From an uncultured Clostridia bacterium (GTDB lineage: Bacteria; Bacillota; Clostridia; TANB77; CAG-508): 64,000 nucleotides of DNA. The position numbers and the translations under genes were made by a program. Below the pieces are notes generated by a model. It saw nothing but the letters and a program-made list of their open reading frames with translations, searched no databases and was not told where the DNA came from. Position 1 is the first letter of the stretch; each line of letters starts with the position of its first letter. Location: positions 1,367-65,366 of the forward strand of contig CANRMM010000001.1 in NCBI GenBank assembly GCA_947631745.1. Reading direction: 5' to 3'. This document shows positions 33,707 to 43,461 of the stretch, in pieces.

Positions 33707-34660
33707 CTATTTTAATTGTGCTCTTACCTGATACAATATTTTTTCTTTAACCTGCTCAATTGTTCCCTGTATTAAGGCTCCTGCTGCACGAATATGTCCG
33801 CCTCCTTCAAAAAACAAACATACATCTGAAACATTTACATATTCATTTGAGCGAAGAGAAACCTTGCATCCTTTATCAGTTTCACGAATGAAAACAGATA
33901 CTTCTACTCCTTCAATATCTCTTCCTATTTCCACAATGCCTTCATGGTCTCCGCTTCCTGCTCCTACCTTTTTTTCATCTTCTTCTGTAATATATGTATA
34001 CGCAACTCTTCCTTCTTCTAATAATTCTAATCTATTTGTAGCAATACGATTCAACTCAAAATTTGGTCTCGTTCTTGTTTGTAATACTTGTTTATATACT
34101 TTTGAAACATTAACTCCTTTATTCAATAGCCAGGCTACAAATTCAAAAGTTTCAGCTGTTACTCCAGAATACTTAAAACCACCTGTGTCAGTAATAATTC
34201 CTGTCAAGATACAAGTTCCAATTTCTTGTGTAATTTCAATTTTAAAATGTTCTAAAATAATAATCATGATTTGTGCACAGGCTGGTGCAGCTGGATTAAC
34301 AAAATTTATGTCACCATACATGGTATTAGTCCCATGGTGATCTATACAAATCTTCATTTTTGCATTCTCAAAATATTCTGAAAATCCATTAAGCATCCTC
34401 ATTGTTGCACAATCTACTGAAATCGCTAAATCATATTTTTCAATAGCAGATTCTTTCTTTATTTCATCAGCCCTTGGCAAGAATTCAAATATTTTCGGAT
34501 ATTCTGGTATAATAATATCTGGATTTTTTCCATAATTTTTTAATGCATTATATAACGCTAATGCAGTTCCTACTGCATCTCCATCTGGATTTTCATGCGT
34601 TAATATAGCTATCGTTTGTGCCTTATTAATTTCTTCTAACATATTATCTAGAGTATTCAT
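33707..34660 (-). CDS. nrnA: DHH/DHHA1 phosphoesterase (NrnA-like oligoribonuclease / pAp phosphatase).
   Basis: 317 aa, DHH motif region, GGGH near the C-terminus. Confidence 0.75.
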   Translation of the reverse strand: MNTLDNMLEEINKAQTIAILTHENPDGDAVGTALALYNALKNYGKNPDIIIPEYPKIFEFLPRADEIKKESAIEKYDLAISVDCATMRMLNGFSEYFENAKMKICIDHHGTNTMYGDINFVNPAAPACAQIMIIILEHFKIEITQEIGTCILTGIITDTGGFKYSGVTAETFEFVAWLLNKGVNVSKVYKQVLQTRTRPNFELNRIATNRLELLEEGRVAYTYITEEDEKKVGAGSGDHEGIVEIGRDIEGVEVSVFIRETDKGCKVSLRSNEYVNVSDVCLFFEGGGHIRAAGALIQGTIEQVKEKILYQVRAQLK

Positions 34661-34698
34661 AAATCTTCTCCTATTCTTTTTTCTATCATGTAAGAATT

Positions 34699-35067
34699 TT
34701 ATTCATCTTTATTTTGTTTATCTTTATTTAATTCCTTTAGTATAGAATCGATTTTTTCTCCATAAGCCAAGGAATCATCCAATTCAAATACTAATTCTGG
34801 TGTAATTCTTAAATTAACTGTTTTAGCAATTTGACTACGAATAAAACCTGAAGAAGTTTGTAAACCCTCCATCGTTTTTTTCATATCCTTTGAATTTAGA
34901 ATACTAACATATACTTTTGCATATTTAAAATCTGGTGTAATCTTAACTCTTGTAACACTTATCATTCCTGTTACATTAGGATTTTTCAATTCATAACTAA
35001 TAATTTGGCTTAATTCTTTTCTTAACTCTTCATTAATTCTATTAAGTCTAGCCTCATTTTTTGGCAT
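34699..35067 (-). CDS. rbfA: Ribosome-binding factor A.
   Basis: 122 aa, RbfA similarity. Confidence 0.9.
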   Translation of the reverse strand: MPKNEARLNRINEELRKELSQIISYELKNPNVTGMISVTRVKITPDFKYAKVYVSILNSKDMKKTMEGLQTSSGFIRSQIAKTVNLRITPELVFELDDSLAYGEKIDSILKELNKDKQNKDE

Positions 35068-35077
35068 AATGCCCTCC

Positions 35078-38077
35078 TTATTTTTTCACTTCTTCCATCA
35101 CGAAGAATTCTAATATATCCAATTCTTTTAAGTCATCATACTTTTCAATTTGCATACCACATTCATAACCTTTTGTCACTTCTTTTACATCATCTTTAAA
35201 TCTCTTTAAAGATACAAGTTTTCCTTCATGAATAACAATATTGTCACGAATGACTCTAACTCCTGCATTTCTTTCTACTCTTCCGTCTAATACATAGCAT
35301 CCTGCAATTGTCCCAACATTTGATACTTTGAAAGTCTGTCTTACTTCTGCATTTCCAATTACGTTTTCCTCAAATACTGGATCTAACATTCCTTTCATAG
35401 CAGCTTCTACATCTTCAATAGCTTGGTAAATAACAGAATACTGCTTAATTTCAACTCCATCTTTTTCTGCCATGTCCTTCGCACTAATATTTGGTCTTAC
35501 ATCAAATGCAATAATAATTGCCTTTGCTGCTTTTGCAAGTTGAACATCAGACTCATTAACAGCTCCAACGGCAGAGTGAATAACTTTTACCTTAACTTCA
35601 TCATTTGATATTTTTTCTAATGATTGTTTTAATGCCTCTGCTGTTCCTTGAACATCTGCTTTTACAATAATTCCTAATTGTTTTAAGTTTTCATTTTCCA
35701 TTTTTTCAAATAAATTGTTAAGAGTAACTTTATTGCCCTCTGTCATTGCCTTTTCTCTTTCTTCACGTTTACGCTTTTCAATTAAATGCTTTGCCATTTT
35801 TTCATCTTTTACTTCATAGAAAGTATCTCCTGCTTCAGGTACATTAGTAAGTCCCATAATTTCAACTGGTGTTGATGGTCCTGCCTTTTTAATCTTCTGA
35901 CCTTTATCATTTCTCATTGCTCTAATTCTACCAATTGAAGTTCCTACAACAATTGTATCTCCTACATCTAGAGTTCCTCTTTGTACTAACATAGATGCAA
36001 TTGGACCCTTTGCCTTATCTAATCTTGCTTCAATAACTGTACCTTTTGCCTGTTTATTTGGATTTGCTTTTAATTCCCTCATGTCTGAAACTAACAATAC
36101 CATCTCTAATAAGTTGTTTATATTAAGTCTTTTCTTAGCAGAAATTGGTACGAAGATAGTATCTCCTCCCCATTCCTCTGGTACTAATTCATATTCCATT
36201 AGTTCTTGCTTAATTTTATCAACATTAGCTCCTGGTAAATCAATTTTATTAATAGCTACAATAATTGGAATTTCAGCAGCCTTAGCATGATTAATTGCTT
36301 CTATTGTTTGAGGCATAACACCATCATCTGCTGCTACAACAAGAATAGCAATATCTGTAATTTGTGCACCTCTTGCTCTCATACTTGTAAACGCCTCATG
36401 TCCCGGTGTATCTAAGAAAGTAATTTCTCTATCATTAACATTTACTTTATAAGCACCTATGTGTTGAGTGATACCTCCCGCTTCACCTTCGATTACATTT
36501 GTACTACGGATTGCATCCAATAAAGAAGTTTTACCATGATCTACGTGTCCCATAACAACAACAACAGGTGGTCTTGGTTGTAATTCCTCTGGTGAATCCT
36601 CTGTCTCATCAAATAAGATATCTTCCTCTTTTACTTCTTCCTTCTTTGTTGCAGTAATACCAAATTCAGATGCAACTAAGTATGCTGTATCAAAATCAAT
36701 TGAATTATTAATAGTTGCCATTATTCCATAGTTAAATAATTTTTTAATAACTTCTGCTGTTGTCTTTTTCATTTCTGCTGCTAAATCTTTTACTGTAATG
36801 TTTTCAGGAATTACAATCTCTTTTAATTCAAAAATTTTCTGTTTATTTCTTTCTTCCTCATTTTTCTGAATTTTTTTCTTGTTTTTCTTTCCTCGTGCAG
36901 TAGTTAAATCATAATATTCAAGCATTCCTCCATCTTGTTCTTCAAACATATTTGACAATCTATCTACCTGCTTTAAATCCTTTAATTTTCCATCATCAAA
37001 TTCTTCAAATCTTCCTGACTTTCTTGATTTAGTAGCTTTTTTGATAGATTTTTGTTCATCATATTTGCTATTTGCCTTCTGTTTTTCCATTACTTTATTT
37101 GAATAGTCTCTTTGCAATTCTTTTTCTACAACTTCTGTAGTCATAATGTTTTTAATATTTTTGTCAATGCCTTTTTCATCTAGTGGTCTATTACGATTAA
37201 ATTCTCTATCTCTATTTCCATTTTGATTATTATATCCATTATTATTGCGATAATTGTTTCTACCATCATTGTTGTTTCTATAATTATTTCCATTCTGATT
37301 ATTACGATAATTACTCCTATTATCCCCATTTTGATTATTTCTATAACCATTATTATTTTGATTACGATAATTATTATTACGATTGTCAAAATTTCTATTG
37401 TCATGATTATGATTATCAAAATTTCGATTTACTTGTTGTTCTCTTGGTCTATAATTATTGGTATTATGAATAACATCATTTTTCTGTTCTTTTTCTTTAA
37501 CAGTATTATTTTCCACTTTTACTTCCGGTGTCATATTTTTTTCTTCTACTTTTACTTCCTCTTTCTTTTCTTCTTTAACTTCCTTTATAGGTTCTTTCTC
37601 TTCTTTTATAACAACTTCTTTCTTTTCTTCTTTTGATTTATCTGATTTTATACCAAAAAGTTCACTAACAGTAAGTGGTTTAGTTTGTTTATTACGATAA
37701 ACAATATTGTAATCCTTACTATTATTTCTCTCTACAAATCCTACATCTTTTCGATTCGTTTCAATCTTTTTCGATGACTCCTGTTTTGTTTTTTCTTCTT
37801 CATCTATAATAACTTCTCTTCGTATAATAACAGGCTTAGACTCCTTTTTTACATTACCTGCATTCTCTTTTTTAACAGTCTCTTTTTCCTTCTGCACTTT
37901 ATCATTTTTATCAAAAGCCTCTTTTATTTTATCTACTTGTTCTTCTTCTATATTACTTAGATGACTTGTTACTGCAATTCCTATTTTTTGAGCCTTTTCT
38001 ATAATTTCCTTACTTGTTACTCCTATTTTTTTTGCTAATTCATGTATTTTCATCTTACCCAATAATTTCACCCCCAT
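35078..38077 (-). CDS. infB: Translation initiation factor IF-2 (999 aa) with an Asn/Tyr/Arg-rich low-complexity insert.
   Basis: G-domain [16 protein letters not shown] and full IF-2 similarity. Confidence 0.95.
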   Translation of the reverse strand: MGVKLLGKMKIHELAKKIGVTSKEIIEKAQKIGIAVTSHLSNIEEEQVDKIKEAFDKNDKVQKEKETVKKENAGNVKKESKPVIIRREVIIDEEEKTKQESSKKIETNRKDVGFVERNNSKDYNIVYRNKQTKPLTVSELFGIKSDKSKEEKKEVVIKEEKEPIKEVKEEKKEEVKVEEKNMTPEVKVENNTVKEKEQKNDVIHNTNNYRPREQQVNRNFDNHNHDNRNFDNRNNNYRNQNNNGYRNNQNGDNRSNYRNNQNGNNYRNNNDGRNNYRNNNGYNNQNGNRDREFNRNRPLDEKGIDKNIKNIMTTEVVEKELQRDYSNKVMEKQKANSKYDEQKSIKKATKSRKSGRFEEFDDGKLKDLKQVDRLSNMFEEQDGGMLEYYDLTTARGKKNKKKIQKNEEERNKQKIFELKEIVIPENITVKDLAAEMKKTTAEVIKKLFNYGIMATINNSIDFDTAYLVASEFGITATKKEEVKEEDILFDETEDSPEELQPRPPVVVVMGHVDHGKTSLLDAIRSTNVIEGEAGGITQHIGAYKVNVNDREITFLDTPGHEAFTSMRARGAQITDIAILVVAADDGVMPQTIEAINHAKAAEIPIIVAINKIDLPGANVDKIKQELMEYELVPEEWGGDTIFVPISAKKRLNINNLLEMVLLVSDMRELKANPNKQAKGTVIEARLDKAKGPIASMLVQRGTLDVGDTIVVGTSIGRIRAMRNDKGQKIKKAGPSTPVEIMGLTNVPEAGDTFYEVKDEKMAKHLIEKRKREEREKAMTEGNKVTLNNLFEKMENENLKQLGIIVKADVQGTAEALKQSLEKISNDEVKVKVIHSAVGAVNESDVQLAKAAKAIIIAFDVRPNISAKDMAEKDGVEIKQYSVIYQAIEDVEAAMKGMLDPVFEENVIGNAEVRQTFKVSNVGTIAGCYVLDGRVERNAGVRVIRDNIVIHEGKLVSLKRFKDDVKEVTKGYECGMQIEKYDDLKELDILEFFVMEEVKK

Positions 38078-38375
38078 TAATAACTTTCTTTATAGCATTA
38101 GAAAAATTTATATCTTTTACTCCTACCACAACCTTGTTTTCTTTACCGATTGCTTTACTCAATTCTTCCATTTTTAAAATTTCTATCACAGGTATCTCCC
38201 TTTCAGTACACACTTTCTTAAAATTATTTTTTGTTCTTTCTGCTGCATCTTCTGCCAGCAATAATAACTTTATCTTCTTTTTTTCTATATCTGTCATACA
38301 GGCTTCTGTTCCAAAAACAATCTTTCCTGCTTTTGTAGCTAATCCTAATAACCCACATATTTTATTTTTTATCAA
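38055..38375 (-). CDS. ylxQ: L7Ae-family RNA-binding protein YlxQ.
   Basis: 106 aa, [17 protein letters not shown] start. Overlaps the infB start. Confidence 0.7.
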   Translation of the reverse strand: MIKNKICGLLGLATKAGKIVFGTEACMTDIEKKKIKLLLLAEDAAERTKNNFKKVCTEREIPVIEILKMEELSKAIGKENKVVVGVKDINFSNAIKKVINGGEIIG

Positions 38376-38626
38376 TTAACACACCTCTCAACTCCTCATA
38401 GATTTCTTCCTCTACTTTCATTTCGAAGCATTTTTCAATTCGTTTTGATTTAATAGCCTTTTCTAAGCATTGAATATCATTACACAAATATGCACCTCTT
38501 CCAGACAATTTACCGGGTTTTATCTATACAAATATTCCCATTTTTATCTTTTACAATTCGAATTAGCTCATTTTTATTTTTCTTTGCATTACATCCTAAA
38601 CAAGTTCTTTGTGGTAAACTTTTCAA
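38362..38626 (-). pseudogene. ylxR: ylxR (DUF448, YlxR-family) with an apparent +1 frameshift.
   Basis: TTG start after AGGAG gives LKSLPQRTCLGCNAKKNKNELIRIVKDKNGNICIDKT, then a stop. The +1 frame continues GKLSGRGAYLCNDIQCLEKAIKSKRIEK... to a stop at 38362. The break is at aaaaCCCGG. Confidence 0.5.
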
Positions 38627-38668
38627 ATGTTTCACTCCTTTTATTTATTGTATTGCTTGTTTTATATA

Positions 38669-39817
38669 TTATTCTTCATTTTCCTCATTTTCTTTCATTT
38701 CTTCATTGTCATTTTGCGCTTTTGATAACATTTCTCTAAATTGTGACTCACTCTTAATATCTATCTTCCAATTTGTTAATCTAGCTGCTAATCTTGCATT
38801 TTGTCCAGCCTTTCCTATAGCTAAAGATAGCTGATCATCTCTTACTATAACTTGTGCAAATTTTTCTTCCTCATGAATATCTACAGCCATAACTTGTGCT
38901 GGAAGCAATGCTGCTGCTATATAAATTGATGGATCTTCAGACCATTCTATAACATCTATCTTTTCTCCACCTAATTCATTAATAATATTTTGAATACGAA
39001 CTCCCTTCTGTCCTACACAAGAACCTACTGGATCAATATTTTCATTTGGAGAATATACTGCTACTTTACTTCTATTTCCTGGATCTCTTGAAACACTTTT
39101 TATTTCAATAACTCCTTCATAAATTTCTGGTATTTCTAATTCGAACAATTTACGAACGAAATCAGGATTTGCCCTTGAAACAATAACTTGTGGTGCTCCT
39201 TTAGCTCCTCTTTCTACATTCATAACATAAGCTCTTATTTTATCATTAACATGATATTTTTCCGTTGGAACTTGTTCTTTTATTGGCATAACACCTTCTA
39301 GTTTTCCCAAATCCATTACAACAATTCCACCATCTGCCTTTTGAATAATTCCAGAAACAATTTCACCTTTTCTTTCATTAAATTCATCAAATAAGAAATT
39401 ACGCGAAGCCTCTCTTATTTTTTGAATAATAACCTGCTTTGCTGTTCCTGCTGCAATTCTTCCAAAATTTCTTGGAACTAATTCTATAGAAACCTTATCT
39501 CCTACTTGAACCTTTGAATCTATTTTTCTTGCATCTGCCAATGTAATTTCTAGATTAATATCTTCTATATCTTCTGGATTCTCTACCACATCTTTTTCTG
39601 CATATAAATGAACTTCACCAGTATCCTTATCCATTGTTACTCTAACATTTTCTTTTGAATCAAAATTTTTCTTATAGGCCGTTACTAAAGCTGCCTCAAT
39701 CGATTCTAACATATATTCTTTTTTTATTCCTTTTTCTTTTTCTATTTCTTCCATTGCCGCAATTAATTCTGTACTATCTATAGCTGGAGCAACTTTCTTA
39801 TCTGATTTTTTCTTCAT
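38669..39817 (-). CDS. nusA: Transcription termination/antitermination factor NusA.
   Basis: 382 aa, S1 and KH domains, NusA similarity. Confidence 0.95.
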   Translation of the reverse strand: MKKKSDKKVAPAIDSTELIAAMEEIEKEKGIKKEYMLESIEAALVTAYKKNFDSKENVRVTMDKDTGEVHLYAEKDVVENPEDIEDINLEITLADARKIDSKVQVGDKVSIELVPRNFGRIAAGTAKQVIIQKIREASRNFLFDEFNERKGEIVSGIIQKADGGIVVMDLGKLEGVMPIKEQVPTEKYHVNDKIRAYVMNVERGAKGAPQVIVSRANPDFVRKLFELEIPEIYEGVIEIKSVSRDPGNRSKVAVYSPNENIDPVGSCVGQKGVRIQNIINELGGEKIDVIEWSEDPSIYIAAALLPAQVMAVDIHEEEKFAQVIVRDDQLSLAIGKAGQNARLAARLTNWKIDIKSESQFREMLSKAQNDNEEMKENEENEE

Positions 39818-39835
39818 TTTTTCTTCATTCCTCCT

Positions 39836-40357
39836 TTATATTTCTTCATCCCAATGATATACTGTTTTCATTAAAGTTATATTTTTTCTATCTATATTAA
39901 TCATTTGTCTATTTTCTAGCTCTAATACAATCTTATCTTCATCAAATTCTTTTAAAATTCCTATAATTTCTTTGCACTTATTTTCTTTTTTATTCTTTTT
40001 ACAATTTTCATCTTGAGCTATTTCAATTTCAATTGGCTTAAATAACCTTACCATCACTTCATTGCCAATATTATCTTTCAAATGTACATCTTTTCTTAAA
40101 ACCTTTTCCAACCCTGTTGAAGATACTTCTAAAAAATACTGTTCTTTAATATAATCTGCTGTATCTAAGATATCATTAATCTCATTATTTACTCTTTCGC
40201 AGTCATCTAAATCAATCACTCCTTCTTCTTTTTCAATGAAGACACGTAAATAGTAATTAGATGACTCCTTTGCATATTGCACATCATATAGTTGATAACC
40301 CAAATTTTCTATAATAGGTTTAATTAACTTTTCTACTCTTTCTTCTATATTAGACAT
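39836..40357 (-). CDS. rimP: Ribosome maturation factor RimP.
   Basis: 173 aa, RimP similarity, first gene of the nusA operon. Confidence 0.85.
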   Translation of the reverse strand: MSNIEERVEKLIKPIIENLGYQLYDVQYAKESSNYYLRVFIEKEEGVIDLDDCERVNNEINDILDTADYIKEQYFLEVSSTGLEKVLRKDVHLKDNIGNEVMVRLFKPIEIEIAQDENCKKNKKENKCKEIIGILKEFDEDKIVLELENRQMINIDRKNITLMKTVYHWDEEI

Positions 40358-40536
40358 TAGTTTTTCCCCTTTTACAAGATAGAAGAGTGGAACTTGTTTC
40401 CACTCTTCTACGTTAATTATTATGCAGTATTATTATACTGCAATATTTTACCAATTGCAAGTATTTTTATGTATTTTCTTTATTTTTACCTTTTCTTTAT
40501 ATATTTATACCTACTGGATTTTACATATCAGTATTT

Positions 40537-41304
40537 TTAATACTCATTATCATGTAGCATCGTTCCATTTGCATAGAAATTATCTAAATCTTCTACATCT
40601 ATTGTATATAAATCTGTTGGCTCACTATTTAAGTTTATATCGATACTTTCTATCTCTTTCCATCCTTCTTCTGTCTTTACTACATCATCATTTTCTAAAT
40701 ATTCATATCCTTCATACCTTGATAATGACTTCCAGCCTTCTTTTGTATATATTGGATGATACATATTTTGTACTAATGTACTTCCGTCTTTAAATTTAAT
40801 TGTCACAATATCTGTTGCATCTTCATGTATATATGTTCCTGTTACTTTTCTTAGTTCATTTCTTTCTGTTTCTTCGTTGTATGCTACTACTGTATCTCCT
40901 ATTTTTAAATCTTCTATTGCTTTTATATGTCCTTCTACGTCTATTAATACTTGTGAACCTGCTACAATACATTTATTGTGTACTAATATACTATCTAATC
41001 CTACAAAGTAGTCGTGATTATCCTCTACTATCAAATTATATACTTTTATTGTTTCATTGTTTTCTATTCTTTCTATCTTAGTTATCTTCTGTTCTACATT
41101 ATTACTATTAATTAATATATCTCCTACTTTCAAATTACCTGCTTCTGTCCATCCTTTACTCATTACATAAAATGGATGATTTGGTGTTACTTCTACATCT
41201 GCATTTTCTGTATATATTTTTAATAGATTTCCGCTATAATTATGAACTAAAGTTTTTAATACTTCTTTTACTTCTATTTCACGTGTGTCATTAACTCCTC
41301 CTCA
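40537..41304 (-). pseudogene. Degenerate tandem Hint (Hedgehog/intein, BIL-like) domain cassette. TGA sits at the Cys1 position of the first Hint domain.
   Basis: Open frame after TGA (41302-41304): GGVNDTREIEV...TPNHPFYV...VYNLIVEDNHDYFVGLDSILVHN-K-CIVAGSQVLIDV...LYTIDVEDLDNFYANGTMLHDNEY-stop. The only in-frame ATG (41163) lacks an RBS. Confidence 0.6.
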
Positions 41305-41329
41305 AATAGTTCAAACCATGGCGAAATCT

Positions 41330-41428
41330 AAAAATATCACCTGATACAACTTCTCTTTCATAATATAGCTGTCAATCTATAGCAAAATTTAAAAATATCA
41401 CCTGATACAACTTCTCTTTCATAATATA
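41330..41428 (-). repeat. Two 38-bp perfect direct repeats (41330-41367 and 41391-41428) straddling the stop codon of ORF 41358..43232.
   Basis: aaaaatatcacctgatacaacttctctttcataatata occurs twice. Copy 1 encodes YYEREVVSGDIF in the ORF frame; copy 2 is in a shifted frame. Confidence 0.6.
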
Positions 41429-43232
41429 ATTCTTCGTTGTCTGCTGACCAAGTTAATCCTTCCCAATCGCATTCATAATAATAACCTCTACCAAAATTAA
41501 CCGACGTTCTTTCTTGTGTAGTCACTTTAACACTTCTAGCATTCAAAGGAACACTAATCTTCTTACTTTCTGGTTCAGAGCTCCAATTAAATGCTCCAGG
41601 TGTAAAAGGAATTGATATTGTTTCACTCGATAATTCACTTCCATCACCATCATACCAAGTCACTAAATATTCAAATGGAGCATAAACAACACTATCCCAG
41701 TCATTATTGTCTTCGGCCCAAAGTCCCCTCGCCAAACCATTCAAAACCTCGCTATACTCACCTTTAATTGGAAACCCTCCATCCCAGGTTCTACGCAATT
41801 CATATTTTTCTCTATATTCTGGACTACACTGTTTCGACCATTTTTCAGCCAAAGGATCGTAAACACTTTTGTAATACAAATCCTCACAAAATGCTTCCAT
41901 AACGAGCGACATCAGCTCGTCACCGGCGTCAGCCCCCTCCTCGATTACATCCATAATATCATAGTATAGTTTGAAATCATGGTAATAATATGCATTATTC
42001 ATACATTTTTGAATGTAATCCTTGGTAAATAATTCGGAATCACCACCATAAGTTACAGTCGTAGCATCTTTAAGGCACGAAACCACATAAGCACTAAAAT
42101 CACCATTGAAATGTTCATTAATAAAATCCTGTTCATGCGAAGAGACGTAATCGTCGACCAAACCTTCCCAACCATCACAGTACTCCCAGTCCAAGTTTAT
42201 TAAATAGTCATCCAAAATAACTTCTCTTTCTATTATAATATATGGCGTTACATCTGCTTCTACCTCCGGTAATTTTTCTCCTTTTGGTATTACTGGTTTT
42301 GGAGTTCCTGTTAACTCTCCTATTCTATTTATTATTATTTCCTTTGCTTCTACATCTCCTTGTGTTACTGTGTATGTATATTCTATTGTTGCTGTTCCGT
42401 TTGGCTCTAATGAATCTATAATAAATTCTCCGTTCTTGCAACTTACCCCTTCACTCATACTTGATACTTTTATTTCTTCATCTCCTGGAAAATATGTTCC
42501 ACTTCCTGCTGTTAGCGTATCTGGTATATGAATATTCTTCATTGTTACTTTGCCTGTATTTTTTACCGTTATTGTCCATTCTATTTCTTCATTCGCTATA
42601 TAATATTCTCCATTTTTTGGAGTTGATGTTACCTCTTTTGTTATCTCAAAATTTGAATTGTCATTTTCTACTATGTTCTTTATTCCATCTACTAATATTC
42701 CTAATTCTCTATTTTCTCTTGTATCTTTTCCATAATACATTACTCTATATGTTTTGCCTTCATCTGTTTCTGCTAACTTTATTGTTTCTTCTGTTTTTGC
42801 TACCTTTGTTATACTTCCTGTCCCTGGTGCTACTTCTTCTAATTTATATACATCTGTACTTCCTTCTCCATTTCCTAATGCTAGCCTTGTTCCTGCTAAT
42901 GTTTCAACATTTATTTTATATACTCCATCTGTTCCTATATCTTCAACTATTCCTCTATCTTGCAAATAATCTATTAAACTTGTTTCCTCTTTTCCAACCC
43001 TTCCTGCCCAGTAATCCGAATATGCCATCTGTATCCTTTCCCACACTGTTGCATGAGTATGCTCTACTTTCCCTCTATCTGCACTTGAAATTAATCCATT
43101 CTCTCCAAATACTGCATTAATACTTATTACTGCCAAAATAATTAATATTACTATTGTTACCACTAATGCTATTAGTGTTATTCCTTTATGCTGTTTCAGC
43201 ACTCCTTTTATTTTCCCTGTTCTTTCTTTCAT
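41358..43232 (-). CDS. Secreted protein with prepilin-like N-terminus, conserved paralogous domain, DUF11-like repeat and a compositionally foreign C-terminal module.
   Basis: 624 aa. KG|ITLIALVVTIVILIILAVISINAVFG. About 160 aa shared with ORF 46127..47371 (about 90% nucleotide identity at the 5' end). TITVKNTGKVTMKNIHIPDTL is a DUF11-like motif. Confidence 0.6.
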   Translation of the reverse strand: MKERTGKIKGVLKQHKGITLIALVVTIVILIILAVISINAVFGENGLISSADRGKVEHTHATVWERIQMAYSDYWAGRVGKEETSLIDYLQDRGIVEDIGTDGVYKINVETLAGTRLALGNGEGSTDVYKLEEVAPGTGSITKVAKTEETIKLAETDEGKTYRVMYYGKDTRENRELGILVDGIKNIVENDNSNFEITKEVTSTPKNGEYYIANEEIEWTITVKNTGKVTMKNIHIPDTLTAGSGTYFPGDEEIKVSSMSEGVSCKNGEFIIDSLEPNGTATIEYTYTVTQGDVEAKEIIINRIGELTGTPKPVIPKGEKLPEVEADVTPYIIIEREVILDDYLINLDWEYCDGWEGLVDDYVSSHEQDFINEHFNGDFSAYVVSCLKDATTVTYGGDSELFTKDYIQKCMNNAYYYHDFKLYYDIMDVIEEGADAGDELMSLVMEAFCEDLYYKSVYDPLAEKWSKQCSPEYREKYELRRTWDGGFPIKGEYSEVLNGLARGLWAEDNNDWDSVVYAPFEYLVTWYDGDGSELSSETISIPFTPGAFNWSSEPESKKISVPLNARSVKVTTQERTSVNFGRGYYYECDWEGLTWSADNEELYYEREVVSGDIFKFCYRLTAIL

Positions 43233-43239
43233 TTATTTT

Positions 43240-43385
43240 CCCCTTTTCTTTTATATTCTTAGTTTTCTAAGTATAACCTATTTAAGTCTACTTATTTAAT
43301 TTTATTCCTTTAAGTCTGTCCCTCAGGTGACAAAAGTGTCACAAATAGGAACGTCCCCCAAGTGACAAAGTAACAAAAATGACAG
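43240..43385 (+). repeat. REP-like repeat, copy 2 (about 145 bp, with an internal tttaagtct duplication).
   Basis: See 32881..33000. Lies between the start of ORF 41358..43232 and mutS2. Confidence 0.6.
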
Positions 43386-43461
43386 GCTACCAAAAATAGT
43401 CTGTCATTGAATATACTAAACAAAAGGCTTTATTGTCCCTTCTTATTTCCATAAAATTACT

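Noticed and set aside
37180-37636. Ile-rich ORFs 37180..37419(-) and 37223..37636(+).
   Set aside because: Alternate frames of the Asn-codon (AAT/AAC) repeat region of infB. Artefacts.
40381-40409. 11-bp hairpin AGAAGAGTGGA/TCCACTCTTCT as terminator of the Hint cassette.
   Set aside because: No T-run on the minus strand. It lies in the rimP 5' UTR about 24 nt from the start codon, so it is more likely a leader structure. Left uncalled.
41302-41304. TGA at the Hint-domain Cys1 position read as selenocysteine.
   Set aside because: No SECIS-like hairpin immediately downstream. The frame also lacks a start/RBS and has further upstream stops. A point mutation in a decaying cassette is more parsimonious.
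42461-43120. Plus-strand 219-aa ORF antisense to the secreted-protein gene.
   Set aside because: Leu-rich antisense translation, no RBS. Spurious.
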